Part shown: one piece after another, positions 1-9,178 of the stretch
Numbering within the stretch: position 1 is the stretch's first letter
Layout: each line of letters begins with the position of its first letter
DNA from: Candidatus Eiseniibacteriota bacterium
GTDB taxonomy: Bacteria; Eisenbacteria; RBG-16-71-46
Direction: 5' to 3'
Length of the DNA stretch: 64,000 bases
Assembly: GCA_044223005.1 (NCBI GenBank)
Contig: JBGAML010000007.1
Location: 32,001-96,000, forward strand
Made by a program: the position numbers and the translations under genes
Notes under the pieces: model-generated
Told to the model about the DNA's origin: nothing
The model's input: only the letters and a program-made list of their open reading frames with translations
The model's database searches: none

Positions 1-814
1 TTCGCAGCACCTGCGCGACCCCGACGTGCTCGCGCGCGCGGCGGCCGGCTTCTTCACGTTCGCCCTGCTCTCCGGCTCGGTCTACGTGCTCAACGACCTC
101 ATGGACGTCGCCGCCGACCGCCAGCACCCGCGCAAGTGCCGCCGCCCGATCGCCTCGGGCCGACTGCCCATCCCGGTCGCGTGGGGCATGCTGCCGCTGC
201 TGTGGGCGGCCGTCGCCGCGATTTCGTGGTGGCTCGGGCCGCGGTTCTCGCTGGTCGCCGGGCTCTATCTCGTGAGCAACCTCGCGTACAGCTTCTGGCT
301 CAAGCACCACGTGATCCTCGACGTGTTCCTGATCGCCAACGGCTTCATGCTGCGTGCGATCGCGGGCGTCGAGCTGGTGCGCCACGTGCGCGGCGAGGTC
401 GTGCTCTCGCCGTGGCTGCTCATCTGCACGTTCTTCGGCGCGCTCTTCCTCGGCGTCGGCAAGCGCCGCCGCGAGATGATCAACGCCGGCGGCCAGGCGA
501 CCGAGCAGCGCGCGGTGCTGCGGCTCTACTCGCCCGAGTTGCTCGAGGTCATGTTCACGGTCTCGGCCGCGTGCACGCTGCTCGCGTACGCGCTCTACAC
601 GATCTGGCCGTCGACCGTGGCCAAGTTCCACACCGAGGCGCTCATGTACACGGTGCCGGTCGTGGCCTACGGCGTCTTCCGCTACCTCTACCTCGTGCGC
701 GATTCCGAGACGAGCGAGGATCCCTCGGCGGTGCTGCTGGGCGACCGGCCGATCCAGCTCACGGTGCTGCTGTTCCTCGCGGTTGCCGTCTGGATCATCT
801 ACCTGCGTCCATGA
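1..814 (+). CDS. UbiA-family prenyltransferase (decaprenyl-phosphate phosphoribosyltransferase-like), 5' partial
   Basis: NDLMDVAADRQHPRKCRRPIASG motif, many TM helices, GKRRRE motif; frame is open to the window edge. Confidence 0.85.
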   Translation, partial: SQHLRDPDVLARAAAGFFTFALLSGSVYVLNDLMDVAADRQHPRKCRRPIASGRLPIPVAWGMLPLLWAAVAAISWWLGPRFSLVAGLYLVSNLAYSFWLKHHVILDVFLIANGFMLRAIAGVELVRHVRGEVVLSPWLLICTFFGALFLGVGKRRREMINAGGQATEQRAVLRLYSPELLEVMFTVSAACTLLAYALYTIWPSTVAKFHTEALMYTVPVVAYGVFRYLYLVRDSETSEDPSAVLLGDRPIQLTVLLFLAVAVWIIYLRP

Positions 815-1737
815 GTGCACGCCGGCCGCGGCGGGTGCACGTCACCGCGCGCGCGAAGCTGAACCTCTCGCTCGCGGTGGGGCCGAAGCGCCCCGACGGC
901 TTTCACGACCTCGTCTCCGTCTTCCAGTCCGTCTCGCTCGCCGACGAGCTCGTGGCCGAACGCACCGCGCGCGGGTTCTCGCTCGAGGTGGCGATCGATC
1001 CCGCCTCCGGTCTCGCGGCCGGCGACATCCCGCGCGGCGGCGAGAACCTGGTGCTCCGCGCCGCCCGGCTGGTGCGCGACACGTACGGCCTCTCCGGTGG
1101 CTGCCGGTTCCGGCTCCGGAAGCGCATCCCGGCCCAGGCCGGGATGGGGGGCGGCAGCGCCGACGCCGCAGCCGCGATCGCCGCGATGCTCGCCCTGCAC
1201 GGCCTGCGTCCCCGCCGAGCGGAACGGATCGCGCTCGCGGCCCGGGTCGGGTCGGACGTCCCGTTCGCGATCACCGGCGGCACGGCTCTCGGCACCGGCC
1301 GGGGGGAGAATCTCCGGCAACTCCGGCTCGCGAGGGCGTTCGAAGCGGTGATCGTGATGCCCGAGTGGCGGGTCTCCACGGCAGCCGCATTCGCACGAAT
1401 CGACAGTGCCAAATATGGCTTGACACTATGGGAGCATGCGTCCAGATTTGCCGCAAGCCTTGGGCGCAAGGAACTTACGACATCGCGCGCTGCTCGCCTG
1501 GGGAACACGTTCGAACGGGTGCTGGGCCGCCAGGAAGGCGATTTCGAGGCACTTCGCGCACGCATGCGCGCGGCTGGACTACCTGATCCACACTTGACCG
1601 GGAGTGGGTCGGCAGTCTTCGGGATCGTTCCTGCCGGATCGCGGGCCCGGGCCATCGCGGACCGCCTCGCGGGTACGGAGCGGGTGTTCACCGTTCGATC
1701 CGCCGGTCGTGGTCTCGTGTTGCGCTCGCACGGTTAG
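811..1737 (+). CDS. ispE: 4-diphosphocytidyl-2-C-methyl-D-erythritol kinase
   Basis: AKLNLSLAV...DGFHDL, KRIPAQAGMGGGSADAAA, GSDVPF, LTGSGSAVF; ATG 811 overlaps the upstream TGA (ATGA). Confidence 0.95.
   Translation: MSARRPRRVHVTARAKLNLSLAVGPKRPDGFHDLVSVFQSVSLADELVAERTARGFSLEVAIDPASGLAAGDIPRGGENLVLRAARLVRDTYGLSGGCRFRLRKRIPAQAGMGGGSADAAAAIAAMLALHGLRPRRAERIALAARVGSDVPFAITGGTALGTGRGENLRQLRLARAFEAVIVMPEWRVSTAAAFARIDSAKYGLTLWEHASRFAASLGRKELTTSRAARLGNTFERVLGRQEGDFEALRARMRAAGLPDPHLTGSGSAVFGIVPAGSRARAIADRLAGTERVFTVRSAGRGLVLRSHG
1420..1448 (+). promoter_or_regulatory. Putative sigma70 promoter inside ispE
   Basis: TTGACA (1420-1425), 17-bp spacer, CAGATT (1443-1448), in a locally AT-richer patch. 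Confidence 0.5.
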
Positions 1738-1859
1738 GTTCGACCCAGGCAGAGGAAAGGCCGGAGAGCGGTTCCCGAGCAGCACCCCGGTTGCGTCCAT
1801 GACGGCCGCGCCGCACCGAGCCAGCTACCCCTCAAGGATGGCTCCGAGGTAGATCTTCA

Positions 1860-2174
1860 ATGATCGAGATCACCGAGGTCAGGGTTTCCCTGCGGAACGA
1901 CGAGAAATTGAAGGCGTTCGTCAGCATCACCCTCAACGACTCGTTCGTGGTTCGCGGGCTCAAGATCATCAAGGGCAACTCCGGGCTGTTCGTCGCGATG
2001 CCGAGCCGCAAGCGGCCCGACGGCCAGCACCAGGACCTCGCCCACCCGATCAACGACCTGACGCGCAAGTACTTGACCGACAAGGTGATGGCCGAGTACG
2101 AACGCGAGCTGGCGAATCCCTCGGCGCCGCCGCAGCCGCACCACGAGCACCACGAGGAAGAGCACAGCTACTGA
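1860..2174 (+). CDS. spoVG: SpoVG family nucleic-acid-binding regulator
   Basis: EITEVRV...KLKAFVSITLNDSFVVRGLKII.G..GLFVAMPSRK...DLAHPIN. Confidence 0.95.
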   Translation: MIEITEVRVSLRNDEKLKAFVSITLNDSFVVRGLKIIKGNSGLFVAMPSRKRPDGQHQDLAHPINDLTRKYLTDKVMAEYERELANPSAPPQPHHEHHEEEHSY

Positions 2175-2239
2175 CGGCCCCTCCGTCGCCGCTCTTCCCG
2201 CGCTTCCGCGCCCCCCATCCGCGCGCGGAAGCCGTTGTA

Positions 2240-2269
2240 TTGACGCAGGCAAGCTCCTCCCGTTATGCT
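2240..2269 (+). promoter_or_regulatory. Putative sigma70 promoter for tRNA-Gln/prs
   Basis: TTGACG (2240-2245), 18 bp, TATGCT (2264-2269). Confidence 0.6.
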
Positions 2270-2371
2270 GCGTCCCGCTTCAACCCATCCGGTTGTTCCT
2301 CTGGGCCAATAGCCAGCACCCCGGGAGGCTTTCGGGCCGAACGGACCGTGACGGAAATCCCGTTCTGTTGG

Positions 2372-2446
2372 TGGGGCGTGGCCAAGCGGTAAGGCACGAG
2401 ACTTTGGATCTCGCATTCGGAGGTTCGAATCCTCCCGCCCCAGCCA
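2372..2446 (+). tRNA. tRNA-Gln (anticodon TTG)
   Basis: Acceptor stem TGGGGCG/CGCCCCA, D arm GCCAAGCGGTAAGGC, anticodon arm CGAGA-CTTTGGA-TCTCG, T arm GGAGGTTCGAATCCTCC, encoded CCA. Confidence 0.97.
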
Positions 2447-2607
2447 TTTTCCCGGGCGGAGGATCCGGTCTTCGCGTGTGACGTCGGGCCGTACGGATTC
2501 GGCGCCGTAACCGAATGCGTGCGCGACGTTCGTTCATGCGCGGGGCTCGCGGAGCCTCCGTGCCGGTCCAATTTCGAGCCTGAAGCGGTGCTACGGGAGG
2601 TACGCGC

Positions 2608-3540
2608 TTGGATCCGTGTCGCATCTTCGCGGGCAACTCCAGCCGACGGCTGGCGGTCGCCATCTGCGAGAAGCTGAAGGTTCCGCTCGGCGACGCCGAG
2701 GTGTCGAGTTTCGAAGACGGCGAAGTCTCGGTGCGGTTCAACGAGAACATCCGCGGCAGCGACGTCTTCATCGTGCAGAGCACGAACGCGCCGGCGGATC
2801 ACCTCATGGAACTGCTGGTCATGCTGGACGCCGCCAAGCGTGCGTCCGCTCGCCGCGTGACCGCCGTGATGCCGTACTTCGGCTACGCGCGCCAGGACCG
2901 CAAGGACCAGCCGCGCGCGCCGATCACCGCGAAGCTCGTGGCGAACGTGATCACCGTCGCGGGCGCCGACCGGGCGCTGACGATGGACCTGCACAGCGCG
3001 CAGATCCAGGGCTTCTTCGACATCCCGCTCGACCATCTCTACGCGGCCCCGGTGCTGATCGAGCACTTCTCCAAGCTCGGCGTGCCGAACCTCGTCGTGG
3101 TCGCGCCGGACATCGGCAGCGTCAAGATGGCGCGCGCCTACGCCAAGCGGCTGAACGCCGACCTGGCGCTGGTCGACAAGCGCCGCCCGCGCGCCGATTC
3201 GGTCGAAGTGATGAACATCATCGGCGACGTCGAGGGCAAGAACGTCGTGATGTTCGACGACGTCGTCACCACCGCACGGACGCTGTGCCAGGCGGCCGCG
3301 GCCATGCGCAAGCACGGCGCGCTCGACATCTACGCCGGCGTCACGCACGGCGTGTTCTGTCCGGGCGCGTTCGAGCGCATCGCCGAATCGCCCATCAAGG
3401 AAGTCGTGGTCACCGACACGCTGTCGCACGAGCCGGGTTCGCTCCCGGCCAAGGTGCGCGAGCTGCCGGTGGCGGGCCTGCTCGCGGAGGCCGTGATGCG
3501 CATCCACGAGGAACGCTCGCTCAGTTCGCTGTTCGTCTAG
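2608..3540 (+). CDS. prs: Ribose-phosphate pyrophosphokinase
   Basis: FEDGEV, PYFGYARQDRK, DLHSAQIQGFF, APDIGS, MFDDVVTT; TTG start after GGAGG. Confidence 0.97.
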   Translation: MDPCRIFAGNSSRRLAVAICEKLKVPLGDAEVSSFEDGEVSVRFNENIRGSDVFIVQSTNAPADHLMELLVMLDAAKRASARRVTAVMPYFGYARQDRKDQPRAPITAKLVANVITVAGADRALTMDLHSAQIQGFFDIPLDHLYAAPVLIEHFSKLGVPNLVVVAPDIGSVKMARAYAKRLNADLALVDKRRPRADSVEVMNIIGDVEGKNVVMFDDVVTTARTLCQAAAAMRKHGALDIYAGVTHGVFCPGAFERIAESPIKEVVVTDTLSHEPGSLPAKVRELPVAGLLAEAVMRIHEERSLSSLFV

Positions 3541-3615
3541 AGAACTCGCCGCCGGAGCGGCGCGAGAAGCATCCGGGGCGCAGCTCCGGTGTGATGTGAA
3601 AGGGAGGAGAACCTC

Positions 3616-4287
3616 ATGTCGTCGGTGATCCAGCTGAACGGCTCCAAGCGCACGGCGCTCGGCAAGGGCGGCGCCCGCAAGGCGCGCGCGAAGGGCGAGA
3701 TCCCGGGCGTGCTCTACGGGCACGGCGAGACGCCCGTCGCCGTCGCCGTCGTGTCGCGCGAGTTCCAGACCGCGATGCGCTCGCACAAGGGCGGCAACGC
3801 GATCGTCAACCTGAAGCTCGAGGGCGGCGAGTACACCGCGCTCGTGCGTGATGCGCAGTACGACCCGCTCACGCACGCGGTGCTGCACCTCGACTTCCAG
3901 CACATCTCGCTGACCGAGACGATCCAGGTCCAGGTGTCGGTGCACGCCACCGGCCTCGCGATCGGCGTCAAGGACGGCGGCGGCATCCTCGAGACGATCA
4001 TCCGTTCGCTCGAAGTGCGCTGCCTGCCGACGGCGATCCCGGCCCAGATCGACGTGGACGTCACGGCGCTGAACATCGGCGACTCGCTGCACGTGCGCGA
4101 CATCCATGTCGAGGGCGTCGAGATCCTCGACGACCCGGACGCGACGGTCCTCACGGTCGTCCCGCCGACGGTCGAGGAGGCTCCGGCCGCGGACGCGACG
4201 GCGGCGGCCACCGCCGGCGCGACGGAGCCGGAAGTCGTGGGCGCCAAGGGCAAGAAGGAAGAAGCCGGCGCCGAGGAGAAGAAGTAG
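3616..4287 (+). CDS. rplY: 50S ribosomal protein L25 / Ctc (long form)
   Basis: GKGGARKAR..G.IPGVLYG, LHLDF, C-terminal beta domain; prs-rplY-pth synteny. Confidence 0.95.
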   Translation: MSSVIQLNGSKRTALGKGGARKARAKGEIPGVLYGHGETPVAVAVVSREFQTAMRSHKGGNAIVNLKLEGGEYTALVRDAQYDPLTHAVLHLDFQHISLTETIQVQVSVHATGLAIGVKDGGGILETIIRSLEVRCLPTAIPAQIDVDVTALNIGDSLHVRDIHVEGVEILDDPDATVLTVVPPTVEEAPAADATAAATAGATEPEVVGAKGKKEEAGAEEKK

Positions 4288-4293
4288 CCGCGA

Positions 4294-4881
4294 ATGCGGC
4301 TCGTGCTGGGTCTCGGCAATCCGGGTGGGCGCTACGCCGCCACGCGTCACAACGTGGGCTGGCAGGTGCTCGACGAGCTGGTGGCGCGTCACCGCGCCAC
4401 GGCCGGTCCGGAAGGCCGGGAGTATCGAACGCGGCGCGCCCGCATCGGCGGGCACGACGTGGAACTGATGGAGCCGCTCACGTTCATGAACCTGAGCGGT
4501 GAAGCGTTGCAGGCATGGCGGCAGGCGAACGGTCTGGAGACGGGCGACCTGCTGGTGGTGACGGACGACGTGTACCTCCCGCTCGGCGTGATTCGTGTGC
4601 GCGCCAGCGGGTCCAGCGGCGGACACCGGGGCCTCGAGAGCCTGGAAGCCGCACTGGGAACGCGCGAATACGCGCGGGTGCGCGTCGGCGTGGGCGCCGT
4701 GGAGGACAGCGCGGCCCTGCGCGAGCACGTGCTGGAGGAGTTCGCACCGGACGAAGTGCCGGTGCTGGAAGCGGCGGTCCGCCTCGCGGCGGACGCAGTG
4801 GAGTGCTGGGTGTCCGAGGGGACCCTGGCTGCCATGAATCGATTCAATCGCAGGGTCCGCAGGGAGGAATCCGAGTCGTGA
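4294..4881 (+). CDS. pth: Peptidyl-tRNA hydrolase
   Basis: GLGNPG..Y..TRHNVG, TFMNLSG, SSGGHRGL. Confidence 0.96.
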   Translation: MRLVLGLGNPGGRYAATRHNVGWQVLDELVARHRATAGPEGREYRTRRARIGGHDVELMEPLTFMNLSGEALQAWRQANGLETGDLLVVTDDVYLPLGVIRVRASGSSGGHRGLESLEAALGTREYARVRVGVGAVEDSAALREHVLEEFAPDEVPVLEAAVRLAADAVECWVSEGTLAAMNRFNRRVRREESES

Positions 4882-5234
4882 CCAAGTACGAAACCGTGTT
4901 CGTCCTCGAGCCGAGCTTCGACGAAGCGAAGGCGGGCGAGGAATCCGATCGCGTCTCCGGCTGGATCAAGGATCTGGGCGGCGAGGTGGTCGAGGTGCAG
5001 AAGTGGGGCAAGCGCCGTCTCGCGTACGAGATCCGCAAGAAGCGCGACGGTGTCTACACGATGATCGTGTGGAACGGCCAGGGCCCGATGGTGAAGGAGC
5101 TCGAGCGCCGGCTGCGCCTGAACGAGAGCGTCATGCGCGCCCTCACGACCGTCTACGTTCCGCCGGAGCTCACGCAGGGCGTGCCCGAGGGCGAAGCGGT
5201 GGCCGCGGGTGCCGACGACGGAGACAACGACTAG
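4878..5234 (+). CDS. rpsF: 30S ribosomal protein S6
   Basis: KYETVFVL...WGKRRLAYEI.K...G.Y; GTG overlaps the pth stop, SD GGAGG. Confidence 0.95.
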   Translation: MTKYETVFVLEPSFDEAKAGEESDRVSGWIKDLGGEVVEVQKWGKRRLAYEIRKKRDGVYTMIVWNGQGPMVKELERRLRLNESVMRALTTVYVPPELTQGVPEGEAVAAGADDGDND

Positions 5235-5263
5235 AAGCGAAGACGTCCCCGAGCGGAGGGTTC

Positions 5264-5662
5264 ATGTCCGAGCTGAGGGTCCCGGAGATCAACCGGGTCA
5301 TGCTGACCGGACGCCTCACGCGCGATCCCGACAAGCGGTACGCGTCGGACGGCACCGAGGTCACGCGACTCGAGCTGGCGTTCCACCGCCGCTACAAGAC
5401 GCGCGAAGGGCAGTGGGCCGAGAACACGGGGTTCGTGACGGTGATGTGCTACCAGCGTCTCGCGGAGGTCTGCGCGCAGTTCCTGCGCACGGGCAGCCCG
5501 GTCCTGGTGGAAGGCAGGCTCCAGATGCGGGAGTGGACGAGCTCGCGGGGCGAGAAGCGACAGTCGCTCGAGCTGCGTGCGGAATCGGTCCACTTCCTCG
5601 AGAAGGCACCCGCGGACGGCGACGTCGCCGGCGGCGGACCTTCCGGGGATCCAACCTCATGA
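5264..5662 (+). CDS. ssb: Single-stranded DNA-binding protein (short, no acidic tail)
   Basis: NRVMLTGRLTRDP, GSPVLVEGRLQ OB fold; located between rpsF and rpsR. Confidence 0.88.
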   Translation: MSELRVPEINRVMLTGRLTRDPDKRYASDGTEVTRLELAFHRRYKTREGQWAENTGFVTVMCYQRLAEVCAQFLRTGSPVLVEGRLQMREWTSSRGEKRQSLELRAESVHFLEKAPADGDVAGGGPSGDPTS

Positions 5663-5679
5663 AAGAAGAGAGATGACAC

Positions 5680-5961
5680 ATGGCGCGTGAACGCGACAGC
5701 AAGGGCAAGGGCAAGGGTAAGGGCAAGGGCAAGGGCCCGAAGGGCATCAAGAAGAAGTACTGCAAGCTGTGCCTCGAGAAGGTGCAGTTCGTGGACTACA
5801 AGGACGAGAAGCGGCTGGGCCGGTTCGTGACGGACCGCGGCAAGATCGTGCCGCGTCGCGTCTCGGGAACGTGCTCCATGCACCAGAAGCAGCTGACGAC
5901 CGCGATCAAGCGGGCGCGCGTTCTGGCGCTGCTGCCGTTCACCAGTGACTTCTATCGCTGA
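5680..5961 (+). CDS. rpsR: 30S ribosomal protein S18 (Zn-ribbon form)
   Basis: CKLC...VDYKD...[17 protein letters not shown]...AIKRAR.LALLPF. Confidence 0.96.
   Translation: MARERDSKGKGKGKGKGKGPKGIKKKYCKLCLEKVQFVDYKDEKRLGRFVTDRGKIVPRRVSGTCSMHQKQLTTAIKRARVLALLPFTSDFYR
5701..5736 (+). repeat. In-frame hexamer repeat (AAGGGC)x6 encoding (KG)6 in the S18 N-terminus
   Basis: aagggcaagggcaagggtaagggcaagggcaagggc, one mismatch. Confidence 0.85.
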
Positions 5962-6943
5962 GTTTCCGCGCGAGCCGCGCCCGGTCACCTGGGTGCGGTC
6001 CGTGCTGCTGGTGTTGTTCCTGCTGTTCGGCGCGCTGTCGTCGCCGTGGCCGTGGTCCCTCGGTTGGATCGCGGTGCCGGCGTCGACCGCGGTGGCGCTG
6101 CTGCTCGCGTGGCGATTCGGCCGCGTGGCGATGGTGCTGCCGCTCGTGCTGGCCCTCGCGGCCGGTGCGGGTGCGGTGATCGCGGGTGACCGGGCGCCGT
6201 TGTGGCTGACGGCGTGGCCGGCGCTCGCGGCGGTCACCGGCGCGTGGATGGGCTGGCGCGAGGAAGGCGGCGGCCCGTCGCTCGGGGAGCGGGCGTGGAT
6301 GTTCGTCCCGATGCTGGTCCTCGCGGCCGCACTGCCGGTGCTGCCGGGGTTCCCCGCGGCGATCGAACGGCTGGACGCGCGCATGCGTACGGAACAGGAA
6401 CGCATGCTCGCGAGCGTGAATCCGTCGGAGACGCCGTCGGCGCTGCGGGAGGCCCTGCAGCAGGCGGCGGCGATGCCGGTGGAGGAGCGTCGCAAGTCGC
6501 TGTTGCTGATGATCCCGAATGCGATGTTCGCCTGGGTGGCGCTGCTCGCCGCCGTGGGCCGCGCGCTTGCCGCGCGTGCAGCCGGGGTGCTGGGATGGCC
6601 GCCGCTCTCGCGGGCTCCGCTCGCGACCTGGCGGTTGCCGGATGCGGCACTGGTGCCGTTGCTGGTCGGCATCGCGGTCGCGGTGTTCGCGGATCGCGCG
6701 TGGCAACCGGGCGCGCTGACGCTGCTGGTGATGGTGGTGCTGGGTTATAGTGTGCAGGGCGTGGCGGTCGTGGAGTCGGTGCTGCTGTCCCGCGGCATGT
6801 CTCCCGCCTTCGTCGCACTGACGATGCTGCTGGTGATCGCAGTCAGCCTGCTCTGGGTCCTGCCGGCGATCGCCGTCGTGGGACTGAGCGACGTCTGGCT
6901 CGACTACCGCCGACTGGAGCCCTCCTCCGAAGGAGAGGCGTAG
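5945..6943 (+). CDS. DUF2232/YybS-like membrane protein
   Basis: Multi-[23 protein letters not shown]; typical position between rpsR and rplI. Confidence 0.8.
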   Translation: MTSIAEFPREPRPVTWVRSVLLVLFLLFGALSSPWPWSLGWIAVPASTAVALLLAWRFGRVAMVLPLVLALAAGAGAVIAGDRAPLWLTAWPALAAVTGAWMGWREEGGGPSLGERAWMFVPMLVLAAALPVLPGFPAAIERLDARMRTEQERMLASVNPSETPSALREALQQAAAMPVEERRKSLLLMIPNAMFAWVALLAAVGRALAARAAGVLGWPPLSRAPLATWRLPDAALVPLLVGIAVAVFADRAWQPGALTLLVMVVLGYSVQGVAVVESVLLSRGMSPAFVALTMLLVIAVSLLWVLPAIAVVGLSDVWLDYRRLEPSSEGEA

Positions 6944-6952
6944 GAGAGAACG

Positions 6953-7396
6953 ATGGAAGTGATCCTGATCGAAGACCTGAAGGGCGTCGGATCCAAGGGC
7001 AGCACGGTCAACGTGAAGCCCGGATTCGCGCGCAACTACCTGCTCCCGCGCCGCCTGGCGATCCCCACGGGGACGAAGGCCGCGAACCTCTACCAGGAGC
7101 TGCAGCGCCAGCGCGACATGCAGTCCGAGAAGCTCATCGTCGCCGCGCGCGCCGAGGCCGCGAAGGTGGACGGGCTGTCGGTCAACATTCCCGCGCAGGC
7201 CAACGAAGAGGACACGCTCTTCGGATCGATCACGAGCTCGGACGTCGCCGCGGCGCTCAAGGCCGCCGGTCACGACGTCGACAAGCGCCGGATCGAGATG
7301 GACGACCACATCAAGCAGCTCGGCAACTACGACGTCGCGATCCGCTACTACGGCGGCGTCACGGCGACCGTGAAGGTGTGGGTGGTGCGGGCATGA
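6953..7396 (+). CDS. rplI: 50S ribosomal protein L9
   Basis: MEVILIEDLKGVGSKG..VNVKPGFARNYLLP, LFGSIT. Confidence 0.97.
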   Translation: MEVILIEDLKGVGSKGSTVNVKPGFARNYLLPRRLAIPTGTKAANLYQELQRQRDMQSEKLIVAARAEAAKVDGLSVNIPAQANEEDTLFGSITSSDVAAALKAAGHDVDKRRIEMDDHIKQLGNYDVAIRYYGGVTATVKVWVVRA

Positions 7397-8652
7397 TGAC
7401 GCGCGCGCGCATCGCTCTCGGAGTGCTCGCGCTGCTCGCCTGCTGCGTGGTGACGCCGTTCGCGGCGCCCGCGAAGAAGGCCACGCCCGCGAAGCCGGCC
7501 AAGGCCGCTGCCGTCAACGACTCGGACGTCGTGCTGGTGCGCATCGGGAAGGAAGCGATCACGCGCCGCACGCTCAACGACCGGCTCCAGGAAATCCCCG
7601 AGCAGTACCGGACCAACTACCAGACGCCCGACGGGCGCCTGCAGCTCCTGCAGCGGCTGATCGAGGAGCGCGTGTGGATGAACGATGCCCAGTCGCACGA
7701 TGTGCAGGGGCGTCCGGACATCCAGCGGCAGCTCGAGGCGCAGCGCCGTGACCTGCTGATCCGCACCTGGGTCAACGAGCAGATGTCGACGTCGCCGGCG
7801 CCGAGCGACTCGGAAGGGATGGCCTACTACCAGTCGCATCTCGAGGACTTCCGCACGCCCGCGAGCGTGGCCCTGAGCCACATCCAGGTGAAGACCGAGC
7901 TCGAGGGCAAGAAAGTGCTCGCGCTCGCGAACGCCAAGGGCGCCGACTGGAAGAAGCTCGTCACGCAGTACTCGACCGACACGCTCACGCGCGCCAACGG
8001 CGGCAACCTCGGGACCGTGACGAAGGACGGCAACTTCGTCGCGCTCGGGACGCTGCCCGCGCTCGCGGAGACGGCGCTCGCGCTGCCCGAAGGCGCGATC
8101 CGTGGCCCGTACAAGACGCCCAAGGGCTGGAGCGTGCTCAAGATCGACGCGCATCACGACGAGGCCACGCGCACGTTCGACCAGGTGCGCAGCTTCGTGA
8201 CGCGCACGATCAGCCAGCAGCGCCAGAGCACGTTCTACCAGGACCTGCTCGGCAAGGCGCGCGCGCGCGTCGGCGTGACGCCGGACTCGGCGGCCATCAA
8301 GGGCTTCCTGTCCGCGACCAAGACCGCCCGCGAGATGTTCCAGGACGCGCAGACGGCCGGCGCGCCGCAGCTCAAGATCGACGGCTACCGCAAGGTGGTC
8401 GAGCTCTACCCGGACGCCGACATCGCGCCCCAGGCGCAGTTCATGGTCGGGTTCGTGAACAGCGAGGAGCTCAAGAACTTCGAGGAGGCCGAGAAGGCCT
8501 TCAAGGAGCTCCTCGTGAAGTACCCGAAGTCCGAACTGGCCGCCTCCGCGCAGTGGATGATCGACCACATGCGCACCGAAGACGCGCCGAGCTTCCCGGG
8601 TGCGGATTCGCTCGCGGCCGCACCGGCGAACGGGAAGACCACGAAGAGGTAG
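7393..8652 (+). CDS. Periplasmic parvulin/SurA-PrsA-type foldase with C-terminal TPR
   Basis: Signal peptide, SHIQV, YSTD...NGGNLG, GPYKTPKGW; TPR-like AQFMVGF...FKELLVKYPKS. Confidence 0.75.
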   Translation: MMTRARIALGVLALLACCVVTPFAAPAKKATPAKPAKAAAVNDSDVVLVRIGKEAITRRTLNDRLQEIPEQYRTNYQTPDGRLQLLQRLIEERVWMNDAQSHDVQGRPDIQRQLEAQRRDLLIRTWVNEQMSTSPAPSDSEGMAYYQSHLEDFRTPASVALSHIQVKTELEGKKVLALANAKGADWKKLVTQYSTDTLTRANGGNLGTVTKDGNFVALGTLPALAETALALPEGAIRGPYKTPKGWSVLKIDAHHDEATRTFDQVRSFVTRTISQQRQSTFYQDLLGKARARVGVTPDSAAIKGFLSATKTAREMFQDAQTAGAPQLKIDGYRKVVELYPDADIAPQAQFMVGFVNSEELKNFEEAEKAFKELLVKYPKSELAASAQWMIDHMRTEDAPSFPGADSLAAAPANGKTTKR

Positions 8653-8653
8653 C

Positions 8654-9178
8654 GTGAAGATCCTGGAGGTCCGCGTCCAGGGGCTCGTGTTCGACCAGAA
8701 GCAGCAGCAGCACGTCGTCGTGCTGCGCGAGGCGGAAGGCGAACGCGTGCTGCCCATCTGGATCGGACCGGCGGAGGCGCTGGCGATCCAGCGGTTGCTG
8801 AGCGGGCAGGCGTTCCCTCGCCCGCTCACGCACGATCTCTTCGCGCTCGTGGTCGAAGGCCTGAAGGCGCGCGTCACGCGCGTCGTGATCGTCGAGATGC
8901 GCGAGGGCACGTTCTACGCGTCGCTCATGATCGAGCGCGAGAAGAGCGTGCTCTCGGTGGACGCCCGGCCCTCGGATTCGATCGCCATCGCGCTGCGCAC
9001 GCAGGCGCCGGTGTTCGTGAACGAGGACCTGCTGCAGCCGCCGCCGAGCGAGGAGGCCGGCCTCGAGCCGCCTCCGTCGCCGCCGTCGGAACCGCCCAGC
9101 GAGGAAGACAAGGCCGAGCAGTTGCGGCGCTTCCTCGAGAAGCTCAATCCGGAAGACTTCGGCAAGTTCCAGATGTGA
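8654..9178 (+). CDS. Bifunctional nuclease family (DUF151)
   Basis: VLPIWIGPAEA, RPLTHDL, GTFYA, DARPSDSIAIALR, FLEKLNPEDF. Confidence 0.9.
   Translation: MKILEVRVQGLVFDQKQQQHVVVLREAEGERVLPIWIGPAEALAIQRLLSGQAFPRPLTHDLFALVVEGLKARVTRVVIVEMREGTFYASLMIEREKSVLSVDARPSDSIAIALRTQAPVFVNEDLLQPPPSEEAGLEPPPSPPSEPPSEEDKAEQLRRFLEKLNPEDFGKFQM

Noticed and set aside
2372..2500. tRNA-Gln as a possible island attachment site
   Set aside because: No repeat of its 3' end seen in the window, and housekeeping synteny with prs is unbroken
3541..3615. Two hairpins before rplY as a possible L25 autoregulatory leader
   Set aside because: GC-rich stems arise easily by chance here and I cannot match them to a known leader
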